The translations under genes were made by a program, and so were the position numbers. This document shows positions 17,601 through 24,098 of a stretch of 24,136 nucleotides of DNA, in pieces (within the stretch, counting starts at the first letter, position 1; every line of letters starts with the position of its first letter). A model generated the notes under the pieces. It was not told the DNA's origin. It made no database searches and saw nothing but the letters and a program-made list of their open reading frames with translations. This stretch comes from a virus (Duplodnaviria; Caudoviricetes), in the IMG/VR virus record IMGVR_UViG_3300020045_000834, positions 1-24,136 of that record. The stretch is one strand, 5' to 3'.

Positions 17601-17913
17601 TACCTTCGGCCATTAAACGTGTAATCGCAGCCTGACGCTCTTCTACGGATTGTTTCTCGCGTGTAGCTTTGGTTAATTTCTCAGTTGCCTTTTCCGTAAT
17701 ATCAATTGCCTTAGCTAATTCTTTTTCTGCCTTGGCATTAGTTAGGTTAGCTTGAGCCTGTGTCTTGTTAGCTTGCGCTGTACTTTTATCTAACTTTCCA
17801 AGGGACGTAGCTAACCCTTCAACACTCTTTCCTAGTGTCTCAATCTTTTTAACTGCGGTATCTAATTCTGTTGTCTCTACAGAGAACTTAATAGTACTTA
17901 AATCTAAACTCAT
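11605..17913 (-). CDS. tail tape measure protein (2102 aa)
   Basis: Long Ala/Leu/Lys helical protein; lambda-H-like motif QITDIVVGLSTGQSPLTVMMQQGGQLRD; C-terminal FAGGG...LVGEEGPEL; follows the tail chaperones. Confidence 0.95.
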   Translation of the reverse strand: MSLDLSTIKFSVETTELDTAVKKIETLGKSVEGLATSLGKLDKSTAQANKTQAQANLTNAKAEKELAKAIDITEKATEKLTKATREKQSVEERQAAITRLMAEGNSRGQASILATAEALGEATEKTNEYLKAQRAMSSNNPFDRSLGAATVFANELKVATVASDLYNKDLGFTKNQLQELGREHVRLTEQFKVQGKSLSGVDAEFNKIVQSAQQVTQAENAMAAAMRNADKATVDAGKANAYIESELQKVRFALQANNEELNRGTSNSLVRFENALKKSGLTLDQQKVKIDEYRKAQVELQKTTSSNQTDYITRAVGPQITDIVVGLSTGQSPLTVMMQQGGQLRDQFGMMGIAAKDMGDVMRNAMKGMARSVFDTGKAITTMLAGGMFDAGKAVVNYVSSFLFVDKAIEKTRQGIIGMSSDFDTAADNLAKFDRIAGNFGKVFAFGILAIITTLAAVGVAAVQNVNLMNELSQTLVSVGASYGLTSGQVLEYSNAISTAGISTQGSIAAMTLMIKAGAGTAESLKEITLAAMELEKAGGPSVEKISKMYSDLEKDPIKALSELRLNTGLVTDENIKNIESLIEQGDEIRSVEEATRILTEANRTMALQLIADMNPLQVLWMDMKGALSDLWNGVNDLATSSGVVVAFRVVWESVALVIKQVAGSIKGLATGIVAIMSGDFKTAATIFSETWSDLGTNYAKAIENTSKTMEGNNALQSEAVKNAQKQVEAEKERLALTKVMKDVKDKDDKLNAKSLTQSQFINKMVEEKNKVLVKGTQLEGENLAMVQRVAKAEWEALQPKAKKAKLSDEQKKENKALEDYIDTMNKAYGINKDYNNQLAGFQLLRKNGKITEEDYVKVVEDLIKQQKFYTDGLAQEEKQLKLVQKAWADTNKEQEKKDNEYIKAYDTLKAETLELKNVTSEIQFQFGLLGKTEEQQKLITREHKQQNDLGKVRVELEKELQKIREAGLDPDLEIIARENAAEKIKAINAGVTLQFAQDMQKEFDAIKSSITDSIVTALFDGGKAGSKKLRDALVSALRNKVTLYVDAVVNTALSGGMNAMGFGGGTAGTSGSSSGFNFLSPNSISEGFSRFAGSSFGGSLGLSTPGIDTLGDGLTGPAQLTGLGTQVQSLASSAGSILSYASALNSLSEGKIGTAAGTALGQYFGGPIGAFIGGKIGSAIDEAFAGETRSGASYTSTNGKAVFEKGPSGGEIAGYQSRLMLENAQKAITETLKTVGSKASLTGFVAGLESSDKNKGFSYAGGQVGGKSFGEALGRDGGQFDMVSQDAQTAFANYGKQLSQSILEALQVTEDIPTSLKAMFEGIDISALTSEETDALLKTVNDLVNTVSQFNEAMLELPFEYLMNLSFDTAAGLIAAAGGMAKFGSNLSGFYDNFYTETEKTAYLTTTTSKAFAKLNITMPAINESTREWYRSEVEKLGVMDLSVDANARAYASILGLQGAVNQLAPAFVEVEGAVTEISEVTKGLQSEGASLQSQWDKLFLSEEQYRTKQIQGLTDLEVQQYDTNAAIKKSIDSFDDLKNAAIAAAAALEVQVKLMSEVSGSYNALLELQLTLAKNAAQQSYNLLVRSVEQEKKVLTDAYDARVKELTDIQDEYVQSTSTSLDTLSKSVDNLRSLSEKLKSTLDGMNVSGSEGTQRRLAQHLIREVLGTARNTGALPTDTRILENALSTVSEPSEDLFASFTDYARDFYKTKNDISALSEITDAGLTEQEKLLESLTTQTKVIKDGFDKQLRALKAQYDLDVKPLDDALVTAKAQLDVLNDIDNSVTSVALALSQFGTSLVSALGTKTTVQTEQKTQEQVALDAVKALTVNQKEAVVNQATNLANQLGISPEEALYSYAKSQGITPEQLDKIMGFPSGSTKDWAISKGYLEATNTPTAPISTAPPTSPVTTDVSGGQTTTVISDYQKRIDAGPSYDPVDAASITAQAIAGGIAQGISAELYLYNYAKAAGYNAGMLDKRMGWPIGNTNNWALANGLPTFAGGGMYGGGLALVGEEGPELINFSNPGQVYTAPQTQNLLGGGDNSRMELLLVNLNENITGLRYEIRADVSHNSNISKILNRVSPDGQSLAVSFIEPQDVNVV

Positions 17914-17977
17914 ATTTATTTCCTTTTTACTGCACTTGCAATACTTATTTCTTAATTAGACTCATGAGAATTTAATT

Positions 17978-18003
17978 AAAAAATAAGCCCCCGAAGGAGC
18001 TTA
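17978..18003 (-). terminator. intrinsic terminator after the tail-chaperone genes
   Basis: Minus strand TAAGCTCC-TTCG-GGGGCTTA followed by a T run (UUCG tetraloop). Confidence 0.8.
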
Positions 18004-18008
18004 AGTTA

Positions 18009-18398
18009 TTATTTCTTGGTTTTATTCTGTTGCTCTTGCTGTTCTTTTGCAGTACTGAGTGCAACACTATCCAACATCTTAATTATCTGTACCTCTTGTG
18101 GTTCAGCATTTATTGCATTAAGAGTAAAATATGCCATCATTTCAATGTACTGTATTGAAGATACACCTCCCATTCCCTGAGGCCTAGTGGCATTTAAATC
18201 AAGGAACCACTGCCAGTACTCCCGCATACTCTCTGGTAACTGAACCAAGTCCAGCAGTTCCTTGGGTTTCTTCTTAGTGATACGTTCGACTGCTTCTAGC
18301 TGTTGTCTTAAAGTGGACCCATCCTTTTGATGGGCACTTAACTTAAACTCTTGTTCAGCATACTCTTTAAGAGCTAGAATGTCCTCTTCACTGAAAGT
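18009..18398 (-). CDS. tail assembly chaperone, second frame (gpT equivalent), probably expressed by frameshift
   Basis: Frame is open from 18398 to the stop at 18009 (FSEEDILALKEYAEQEFKLS...LPESMREYWQWFLDLNATRPQGMGG...); it overlaps the end of the first chaperone ORF and lacks a good start/SD. Confidence 0.8.
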   Translation of the reverse strand, partial: TFSEEDILALKEYAEQEFKLSAHQKDGSTLRQQLEAVERITKKKPKELLDLVQLPESMREYWQWFLDLNATRPQGMGGVSSIQYIEMMAYFTLNAINAEPQEVQIIKMLDSVALSTAKEQQEQQNKTKK

Positions 18399-18789
18399 TC
18401 AGAAGCTGATCGCTTTCCTCCACCACTGCTTCCCGAATCCAAGAATGCTCACGAAGAACACGCTCTGCATTCTCTTTATTGAAAGGAACTTCTACACCTT
18501 TTTCGGCAATACCACGCCATTTGATAATACGTACAATAGCAGTTTCAATTGCCATATCTTCAGCGTCATCTAAGGACATTTCTTCTTCACGACCTTTACG
18601 ACGAGCTACTTGTTCCTTCTGACGGAACTCTGTGTATTTCTTACGAGCGAATGCACGAGCTACTTTTGATTGAGCGCCACGTACTGTTACGAATGCGCCA
18701 GTCTTATCACCCGATCCGGGGAATAGAAGCTCAAATTCGTATCCTGCTTCGGATTGTTCGGCTAGGTTCTTTACTGCTAAGTCAAGCAT
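18388..18789 (-). CDS. tail assembly chaperone (gpG equivalent)
   Basis: Lies between tail tube and tape measure; motifs I.V.G..S, IIKWRG, PFNKENA..L....WI.E.V, and terminal NF. Confidence 0.85.
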   Translation of the reverse strand: MLDLAVKNLAEQSEAGYEFELLFPGSGDKTGAFVTVRGAQSKVARAFARKKYTEFRQKEQVARRKGREEEMSLDDAEDMAIETAIVRIIKWRGIAEKGVEVPFNKENAERVLREHSWIREAVVEESDQLLNFQ

Positions 18790-18866
18790 GGTTATTTCCT
18801 TTATTGTTCAGGGTTTTATTCCTTGGTTAAATTGAGTTATACTGGATGCATATCTCGTCAAAATCT

Positions 18867-18895
18867 ATTATAGCATTCAGGGTGTTAATATGCAA
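18867..18895 (-). promoter_or_regulatory. sigma70-type promoter upstream of the tail chaperone
   Basis: Minus strand TTGCAT, 17 bp spacer, TATAAT with extended -10 TG. Confidence 0.75.
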
Positions 18896-18914
18896 GTGAA
18901 ATGATAGTTCAAAT

Positions 18915-18951
18915 AGAAAAACCCCAGACACCATTAAGATATCTGGGGCTT
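18915..18951 (-). terminator. intrinsic terminator after the tail tube gene
   Basis: AAGCCCCAGATATC-TTAAT-GGTGTCTGGGGTTT followed by TTCT. Confidence 0.85.
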
Positions 18952-18964
18952 ATTCGGTTAGTTA

Positions 18965-20182
18965 TTAAACTACAGCGGTATCAACAACTTGGAGAGTAGT
19001 CAAAGGTAAACCGTTGGAGTTAACATCATTCAACATAGCAGTGAATGCTGAACTAGCAGTGATACCCATTGAACCATCAGCCTTAGAGAAGCTAGACAGC
19101 TTTGCTTTAGGAATAGTGAAGGTGATAACACCAGCGTTCTTTTCAGTACCTGTAGCAAGAGCCAGTACTAGAGTAACCAGCGATTCATTCTCGAAGAGAC
19201 TACGAACAACGCCATCTTCAAAGTACATTGAAAGATTACCAGTAACACGAATACTACCAGTGAAGATTTCTTCTGCGGAATTAGAACCAATGCACTGAGA
19301 AGGTTCCATTTCACGGTCAACTGAGAAGTCAAACGAAGTCACGCAAGCTGTAGTAGCTGAACCGTTGATAATAACTGCACCATTAACAGCAGCAACTACA
19401 CCAGTTGTTGACAGTGCAGCAGGTGCTACGAAATAAGCACTAGTACCCGTCAGAGCCAGCCCTTTACCCATCGCTGTAAAGTCAGTAGTAACCAAGCCTG
19501 TAGCTGGCACATTAACTGAGAAGTTACCGAACTTAACACCAGTATGAAGTTCTGATTGAGCAATATCAGAATAGAACTCTTCTACGCTGTAAGAATCATC
19601 AGTATGTGCAGTCAAAGGTACAATAGACTCTTTGCCAGTGGCAGCAATAGCTACAGTGGCGATTGGGCCTTCTGCAACGAGAGTGGTTCCACTGATAGCA
19701 CGTACAGTCAACACGAGTGCAGAGACTGCAACGACTAGACAGTTATTACCTACGTTCGCTACGTTCAAACCAGCACCAGTCATACGCACGACTTCACCAA
19801 CTTTGAAGTTGTCAGTCAAGTAAGAGCCAGTGGCACGAGTCAAAGTGAAGAATGAACCAGAAGCTGCAATAGTAACACTAAGAGAAGCTGCTGTACCACC
19901 GACTGCGAAATCCTTAGCCAAAACCGATTGAATCAGATCAGAGTAAGAACCCGGAGACAATTCACCAGACAATGAGCCATCAGTACTTTTAGTACCTAGA
20001 CGGAAATCAGCCACTTGACGGTCAGTACGAATCTCGGCGGATTCATAGCTTTCACGAGTGCTAGTAAAATCAGCAGTAGTCCTACGCAGGAGCTTACCAC
20101 CAGAAGTACCGGCTGCTGTACCGAAAGTAGTTTCTTTCTTATAGGCGACTAATTTACTTACGCCTTTTGCTTTTGTTGCCAT
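18965..20182 (-). CDS. tail tube (major tail) protein
   Basis: AYKKETTFGT, S.EIRTDRQ..D.R.G, G.L.GELS and GNLSMYF motifs; position between tail terminator and chaperones. Confidence 0.9.
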   Translation of the reverse strand: MATKAKGVSKLVAYKKETTFGTAAGTSGGKLLRRTTADFTSTRESYESAEIRTDRQVADFRLGTKSTDGSLSGELSPGSYSDLIQSVLAKDFAVGGTAASLSVTIAASGSFFTLTRATGSYLTDNFKVGEVVRMTGAGLNVANVGNNCLVVAVSALVLTVRAISGTTLVAEGPIATVAIAATGKESIVPLTAHTDDSYSVEEFYSDIAQSELHTGVKFGNFSVNVPATGLVTTDFTAMGKGLALTGTSAYFVAPAALSTTGVVAAVNGAVIINGSATTACVTSFDFSVDREMEPSQCIGSNSAEEIFTGSIRVTGNLSMYFEDGVVRSLFENESLVTLVLALATGTEKNAGVITFTIPKAKLSSFSKADGSMGITASSAFTAMLNDVNSNGLPLTTLQVVDTAVV

Positions 20183-20287
20183 TTATATTTTCCTTAATTA
20201 TTTGCAAATAATGCTATTCAGGCATAGCTGCCATAACTGCCTTTAAGCAATTCATACGTAGCCAACTGGCTGTATTCTTTTGATACT

Positions 20288-20698
20288 CTAAGTATCTATA
20301 TCACAAGTTAACTCAATCATCACTGGTACAATCACTCGATCATTTGATATGAAAGCTGTACCAATATGGGGAGTAGTCAAGACACGAATCCTAGCATTAC
20401 CTTCGATCATGCTTAACCCTCGTTTGAAAGCACTGCGGATTAATTCACTACGAGCGTACGCTAAACCTGTGCCATGTCCTTTAATATCACAAATGAACAC
20501 TTGCATTTGCACTTGTTCTCTGTGGAACCCAACAGGTAAACTGGGATCATCAGGAGAATCAATCCTGAATTGACATCGTTGATACATTGAATCAACCGGA
20601 GGATTAAAATCAACCGCTTCATATCCTGTAGGTACGGTTGGGGTAATCAAGGACAATTTTCGTTCTGCTGCTTTCTTTATATTCAGTATTTCTGACAT
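20288..20698 (-). CDS. tail terminator / tail completion protein (DUF4128-like)
   Basis: Size and position; YE.V.F.PP, QV.I....G.G and F.RG motifs. Confidence 0.75.
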   Translation of the reverse strand: MSEILNIKKAAERKLSLITPTVPTGYEAVDFNPPVDSMYQRCQFRIDSPDDPSLPVGFHREQVQMQVFICDIKGHGTGLAYARSELIRSAFKRGLSMIEGNARIRVLTTPHIGTAFISNDRVIVPVMIELTCDIDT

Positions 20699-20706
20699 AT
20701 TGCCCT

Positions 20707-21192
20707 TTATTGTTTGTAGTATCTTGTTAGGTTGATCTTATGTGCGCTCATTATGTCGTTTATCGTTGGCTGCATAATACCGTCAGGAGCTTGAGTAGTT
20801 GAACTACCGTTCTCTAGATACTTAATGTATGGCCCTTTATTACCAATGATTACTTCTTCACCGAGCTTGTAGTTCATCATATGAATCTTCACAGCAGCAC
20901 CAGCAGTATCTCCAGAGCCAGAGCCGTATATCTGTTGAAAGTCCAGAGAACCATCAAGGGCTACTTGCCAACCGCCTCTAGCTAGACCTTCCTCTGGGGA
21001 TAATCCATAGGCTTTTTCTCTTCGTTTATAGAGCTTGATATAAGCTTCGGCATCACCAAGCGGTGTATTATCAATAGCAGTCAAGGCTAACTCATAAGAG
21101 AAACCACTTACCATATTCTCTAGTCTTTTCTGGACTTCTACTTTGTATTCTTTTAACTCAAGTATTAACTTAGATACGTCAATAGAGAGCAT
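20707..21192 (-). CDS. HK97 gp10-like neck/tail completion protein
   Basis: TP.GD...G.ARGGW and IGN..PYI.YLE.GSS.QAP.G motifs. Confidence 0.8.
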   Translation of the reverse strand: MLSIDVSKLILELKEYKVEVQKRLENMVSGFSYELALTAIDNTPLGDAEAYIKLYKRREKAYGLSPEEGLARGGWQVALDGSLDFQQIYGSGSGDTAGAAVKIHMMNYKLGEEVIIGNKGPYIKYLENGSSTTQAPDGIMQPTINDIMSAHKINLTRYYKQ

Positions 21193-21193
21193 A

Positions 21194-21547
21194 TTAACCC
21201 CTTACTGCGATAATCCTGTAAAGGACAGTACTAGCGTTTGCTACGTGAGATTGATAGGACTGGACTCTGTAGGTATTTCCTGAGTAGATAATCTCGTCAT
21301 TCATCTTAGGAGTGAACACCAGTCCAGCAGCACTAAGATAGAACAAAAAGGATTCTTTACCTACAAGTGCAGGATAGTTATAGGAGTTAGCAATGATTTG
21401 CTTTGGATACATCAAAAGAGAGTAAGGTACACGAGTAATCGCTGGCGCTCCAGTCTCTACATTATAGACTCCAGTTGTGACCGATGTATAACTCAATAGA
21501 AGACCGTGGCGTGTAATTGCGGCTGTAACGGCTGATTGAAAGCTCAT
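21194..21547 (-). CDS. head closure / head-tail joining protein
   Basis: About 117 aa, beta-rich, G.YN.ETG and P...DEI...G..Y.V motifs; position. Confidence 0.7.
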   Translation of the reverse strand: MSFQSAVTAAITRHGLLLSYTSVTTGVYNVETGAPAITRVPYSLLMYPKQIIANSYNYPALVGKESFLFYLSAAGLVFTPKMNDEIIYSGNTYRVQSYQSHVANASTVLYRIIAVRG

Positions 21548-21556
21548 ACAACCACC

Positions 21557-22003
21557 TTAGACGCTGAAATAACCCACAGGGAATACCGATGTACTACCTT
21601 GCAGTGAAAAGCTGTTGTAGGAGCTAGGAGACTGTACTGTGTTGTTATCTGTGTTGGCATCGTTAGCATCCATATCGGAATTAGATACGCCACCAACATA
21701 TCCACGTACATTCTGTAGGATTGGATTGAGCAATGGATTCGCTAAGTACATCTGAAGAGCTAGCCGGTATTCTTGAGCTTGATAACGGGTCTTTATGGAC
21801 ATGATATCAATAGTCTCTTCCGTAGAGGTCATTGCTAGGCGCATTAGAACTGCGCGAGCAGCGTCCATTGATGCGCGAGTGATTGATTCGTTGTTCTTGG
21901 TTAAGTAGTAAGAGATTGTTGAGTCATCAAGAATATACAGGCCGGGAGTTACGTCCTGAATTTCGTATCGTACTTGGAGGACCATTTCCGGTGTAACTGC
22001 CAT
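21557..22003 (-). CDS. head-tail adaptor protein
   Basis: VR.EIQD....YILDD..I.Y.L helical motif; first structural gene after the capsid. Confidence 0.7.
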   Translation of the reverse strand: MAVTPEMVLQVRYEIQDVTPGLYILDDSTISYYLTKNNESITRASMDAARAVLMRLAMTSTEETIDIMSIKTRYQAQEYRLALQMYLANPLLNPILQNVRGYVGGVSNSDMDANDANTDNNTVQSPSSYNSFSLQGSTSVFPVGYFSV

Positions 22004-22013
22004 TTATTTTCCT

Positions 22014-22919
22014 TTATTTATATAGTTCTTGTAGTTCTGGCAGAATATCTTTACTAAACCATTCAGTAACACCAGCTTTCTTTCCAAGTTTAGACAACCC
22101 CGTAGTAAATAATTCAGCTACAGTTTTATCTAAATTAAATTTCTTAAATATCCTATGTAGGTGTTTTTCTTGTTTAGATGCATCATAACGTGTATCAAAA
22201 GACTCAAGAGTAGTAACTAAAGTATCCCCTAAAAGATTCAGATTTTTTAATCTTGACTCTGGATTATTTGCGGTTCCTATCTTGAAATAAGTTTCGTCAT
22301 TGTAGTTACAAACTATCAAGTACAAGTAATGCCTCTGTTTCCAGTGACTTCCACCTGATGTAAAACTTCCTCTGACTATACTTGACTGGCTGTTCTCGAA
22401 CAATTCACCTTCAGTATTTTTGTAAGTTATTCTTCTAATGTACTTGACAAATTTCTCAGAAACATACTCACACCCTTTTACTTCAAGAGCATCTGTTATT
22501 CTCTTATGTTCACAAAACGAGCAAGTTATATTATATTTACTGAAGAGATTTAGACTTGCAGCTACTGTATTAGTTTTACAAGTAAGACATTCACCTGTTA
22601 CATAAGTGATACCTTTTGTTGGAGCTTTGTGGAGGTACTTAAATCCTTTATCAAGAAACAACTTTCTATACTTATTAGTTAGGCAATGATCACAGGAAAT
22701 ATTTCCTTTAACTAAATTAGTAGTACTATAAGTAGAGTACTCATTGTCAATTAAACATTTAACTGGAACTCTTGAGTCTGAGTGACTGCGAAAAGCTAAG
22801 TCCCAAAGTATCTCTATTTGTTTATTCTTAAGACTTTCATTTATTCTAATCTTACGATCTTCACCTACTATTGATTTCTGGTGAAGATTTACTATCTGAT
22901 TAATTTCATCTATGTTCAT
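22014..22919 (-). CDS. free-standing GIY-YIG-superfamily (T5orf172/MUG113-like) putative homing endonuclease with Zn-ribbon repeats
   Basis: C-terminal YLYL...YFKIG...PESRL...EKHLH...TEWF; N-terminal CxxC pairs; AT-rich relative to the flanks. Start likely ATG 22919 (or 22922) after GGAG, not GTG 22940. Confidence 0.8.
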   Translation of the reverse strand: MNIDEINQIVNLHQKSIVGEDRKIRINESLKNKQIEILWDLAFRSHSDSRVPVKCLIDNEYSTYSTTNLVKGNISCDHCLTNKYRKLFLDKGFKYLHKAPTKGITYVTGECLTCKTNTVAASLNLFSKYNITCSFCEHKRITDALEVKGCEYVSEKFVKYIRRITYKNTEGELFENSQSSIVRGSFTSGGSHWKQRHYLYLIVCNYNDETYFKIGTANNPESRLKNLNLLGDTLVTTLESFDTRYDASKQEKHLHRIFKKFNLDKTVAELFTTGLSKLGKKAGVTEWFSKDILPELQELYK

Positions 22920-22922
22920 CAT

Positions 22923-22995
22923 TTCTCCCGAAACTTCCACTAAAGAAATAAGCAGGACGGTGGAGAATCGTCTTTTCGGGGATCAGCCTAGCTTA
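22923..22995 (-). ncRNA. candidate cis-regulatory structured RNA in the endonuclease 5' leader
   Basis: TAAGC(T)AGG/CCTGCTTA closing stem, GACG/CGTC stem, and segments complementary to the RBS region. Confidence 0.5.
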
Positions 22996-23041
22996 ATCTG
23001 TATTCTATCACAGAATACTCCTTATGAGAATACTCTGCAAT

Positions 23042-23063
23042 AGAAAACCTCAGTTAAGAGGTT
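23042..23063 (-). terminator. probable intrinsic terminator after the major capsid gene
   Basis: AACCTC-TTAACT-GAGGTT followed by TTCT, 6 nt after the capsid stop; short U tract. Confidence 0.6.
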
Positions 23064-23069
23064 ATTTGC

Positions 23070-24098
23070 TTAGTTGGAAGTAGTAGCCTTCACCACCAAA
23101 GCAGGGCGACGGATCATGTGAGTCACGTTAAACTCACCGTCAATATCAATACCAGCACCTTTAGGATCACGGAAAGCAAACATATAACCCCGTTCTGCTG
23201 TAGTGTTAACGAAATTCATGAGGTTAGCTGGACCAAAGTAAGACACGAATGTATCAGTAGTGCCAGTAGGAACGAACACAACTTCACCAGCAGGAATCAA
23301 ACGCTGACCGGCCAGTACTGTACGAACTTCAATGAAGCGAATACCAGCATAGGTGAACTCACGATACAGGCCGTTGTTACCACCAGCACGGTTACGCTGA
23401 ATCATTTGACCTTCAGTAGCAGAGAAGTACTTGTACGCCTCAACAACCTTAGCATGAGAGATCAGTTTAGCAAACCATTCTGGGGAGCAGTAAGCAATCA
23501 CGCCAGTAATAACGTCACCAGTGTTAGCGTTATCTTGCATTGCAGCAATAACGGTTTCTACTTTAGCGACGATATCGGTTGTAGCTGTTCCAAGAACGAA
23601 ATCCACAGAGGTCTGTGTAATACCAAAATCAGTAAACAGATTACCAGAGATAGTACCGTTCGGGGCATAGAGGTTCCCGGTAGTCAAGGTGCTAAAGCGA
23701 CCGACTTCCATAGTAATATCCATGTTCCGACGAATACGTTCCATCTTACGGGCGATAACAGCAGCTTCAGTTTCAGCCATATCGTTAGAACCGTAAGCAC
23801 GTTTACCCTGAATATCCTCTGGTTTAACAGCGTCCACAATTGGGAAGTGAGCAATAGGGTAAGAACGAATCTTACGATTGTCATCCTTATTAGCCTGTGG
23901 TTTAGCACCACGGAACTGATCACCGATCAAGCCCAGCGTTTGTGCTGACTCTTCAAAGGTAACAGTGTTAGTACTCAGGAACTCTTCGGAGAATAAACCG
24001 GAGTCATTCAGAAGGGTCCATGAGTTAGGAACGATTTGAAGTTCTTGAGTATAATCTACTACTTCAAAAGCGTTAGTGTATGAGCGAATAATAGCCAT
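23070..24098 (-). CDS. major capsid protein (HK97 fold, lambda gpE-like family)
   Basis: 342 aa; D.T.E...VPN.W..L...GLF, HFP..D.V.P.DIQG.R, F.Y.GI.F.E, YFGPAN, RRPALVVK; upstream of the head-tail genes. Confidence 0.93.
   Translation of the reverse strand: MAIIRSYTNAFEVVDYTQELQIVPNSWTLLNDSGLFSEEFLSTNTVTFEESAQTLGLIGDQFRGAKPQANKDDNRKIRSYPIAHFPIVDAVKPEDIQGKRAYGSNDMAETEAAVIARKMERIRRNMDITMEVGRFSTLTTGNLYAPNGTISGNLFTDFGITQTSVDFVLGTATTDIVAKVETVIAAMQDNANTGDVITGVIAYCSPEWFAKLISHAKVVEAYKYFSATEGQMIQRNRAGGNNGLYREFTYAGIRFIEVRTVLAGQRLIPAGEVVFVPTGTTDTFVSYFGPANLMNFVNTTAERGYMFAFRDPKGAGIDIDGEFNVTHMIRRPALVVKATTSN

Noticed and set aside
18836-18861. Second promoter-like TTGACG...TATAAC upstream of the chaperone
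   Set aside because: The spacer is only 14 bp
9375-19823. Multiple short + strand ORFs within tail genes (for example 9986-10300, 15902-16402, 19014-19298)
   Set aside because: Antisense shadows of Ala/Thr-rich structural genes
22965-22990. CUGA...GAAA in the leader RNA resembling a hammerhead core
   Set aside because: It reads CUGAUCCCCGAAA, lacking CUGANGA and stem II, so it is not a canonical hammerhead
23118-23948. 276-aa antisense ORF over the capsid gene
   Set aside because: Codon-aligned shadow of a highly biased gene; no SD or recognisable motif
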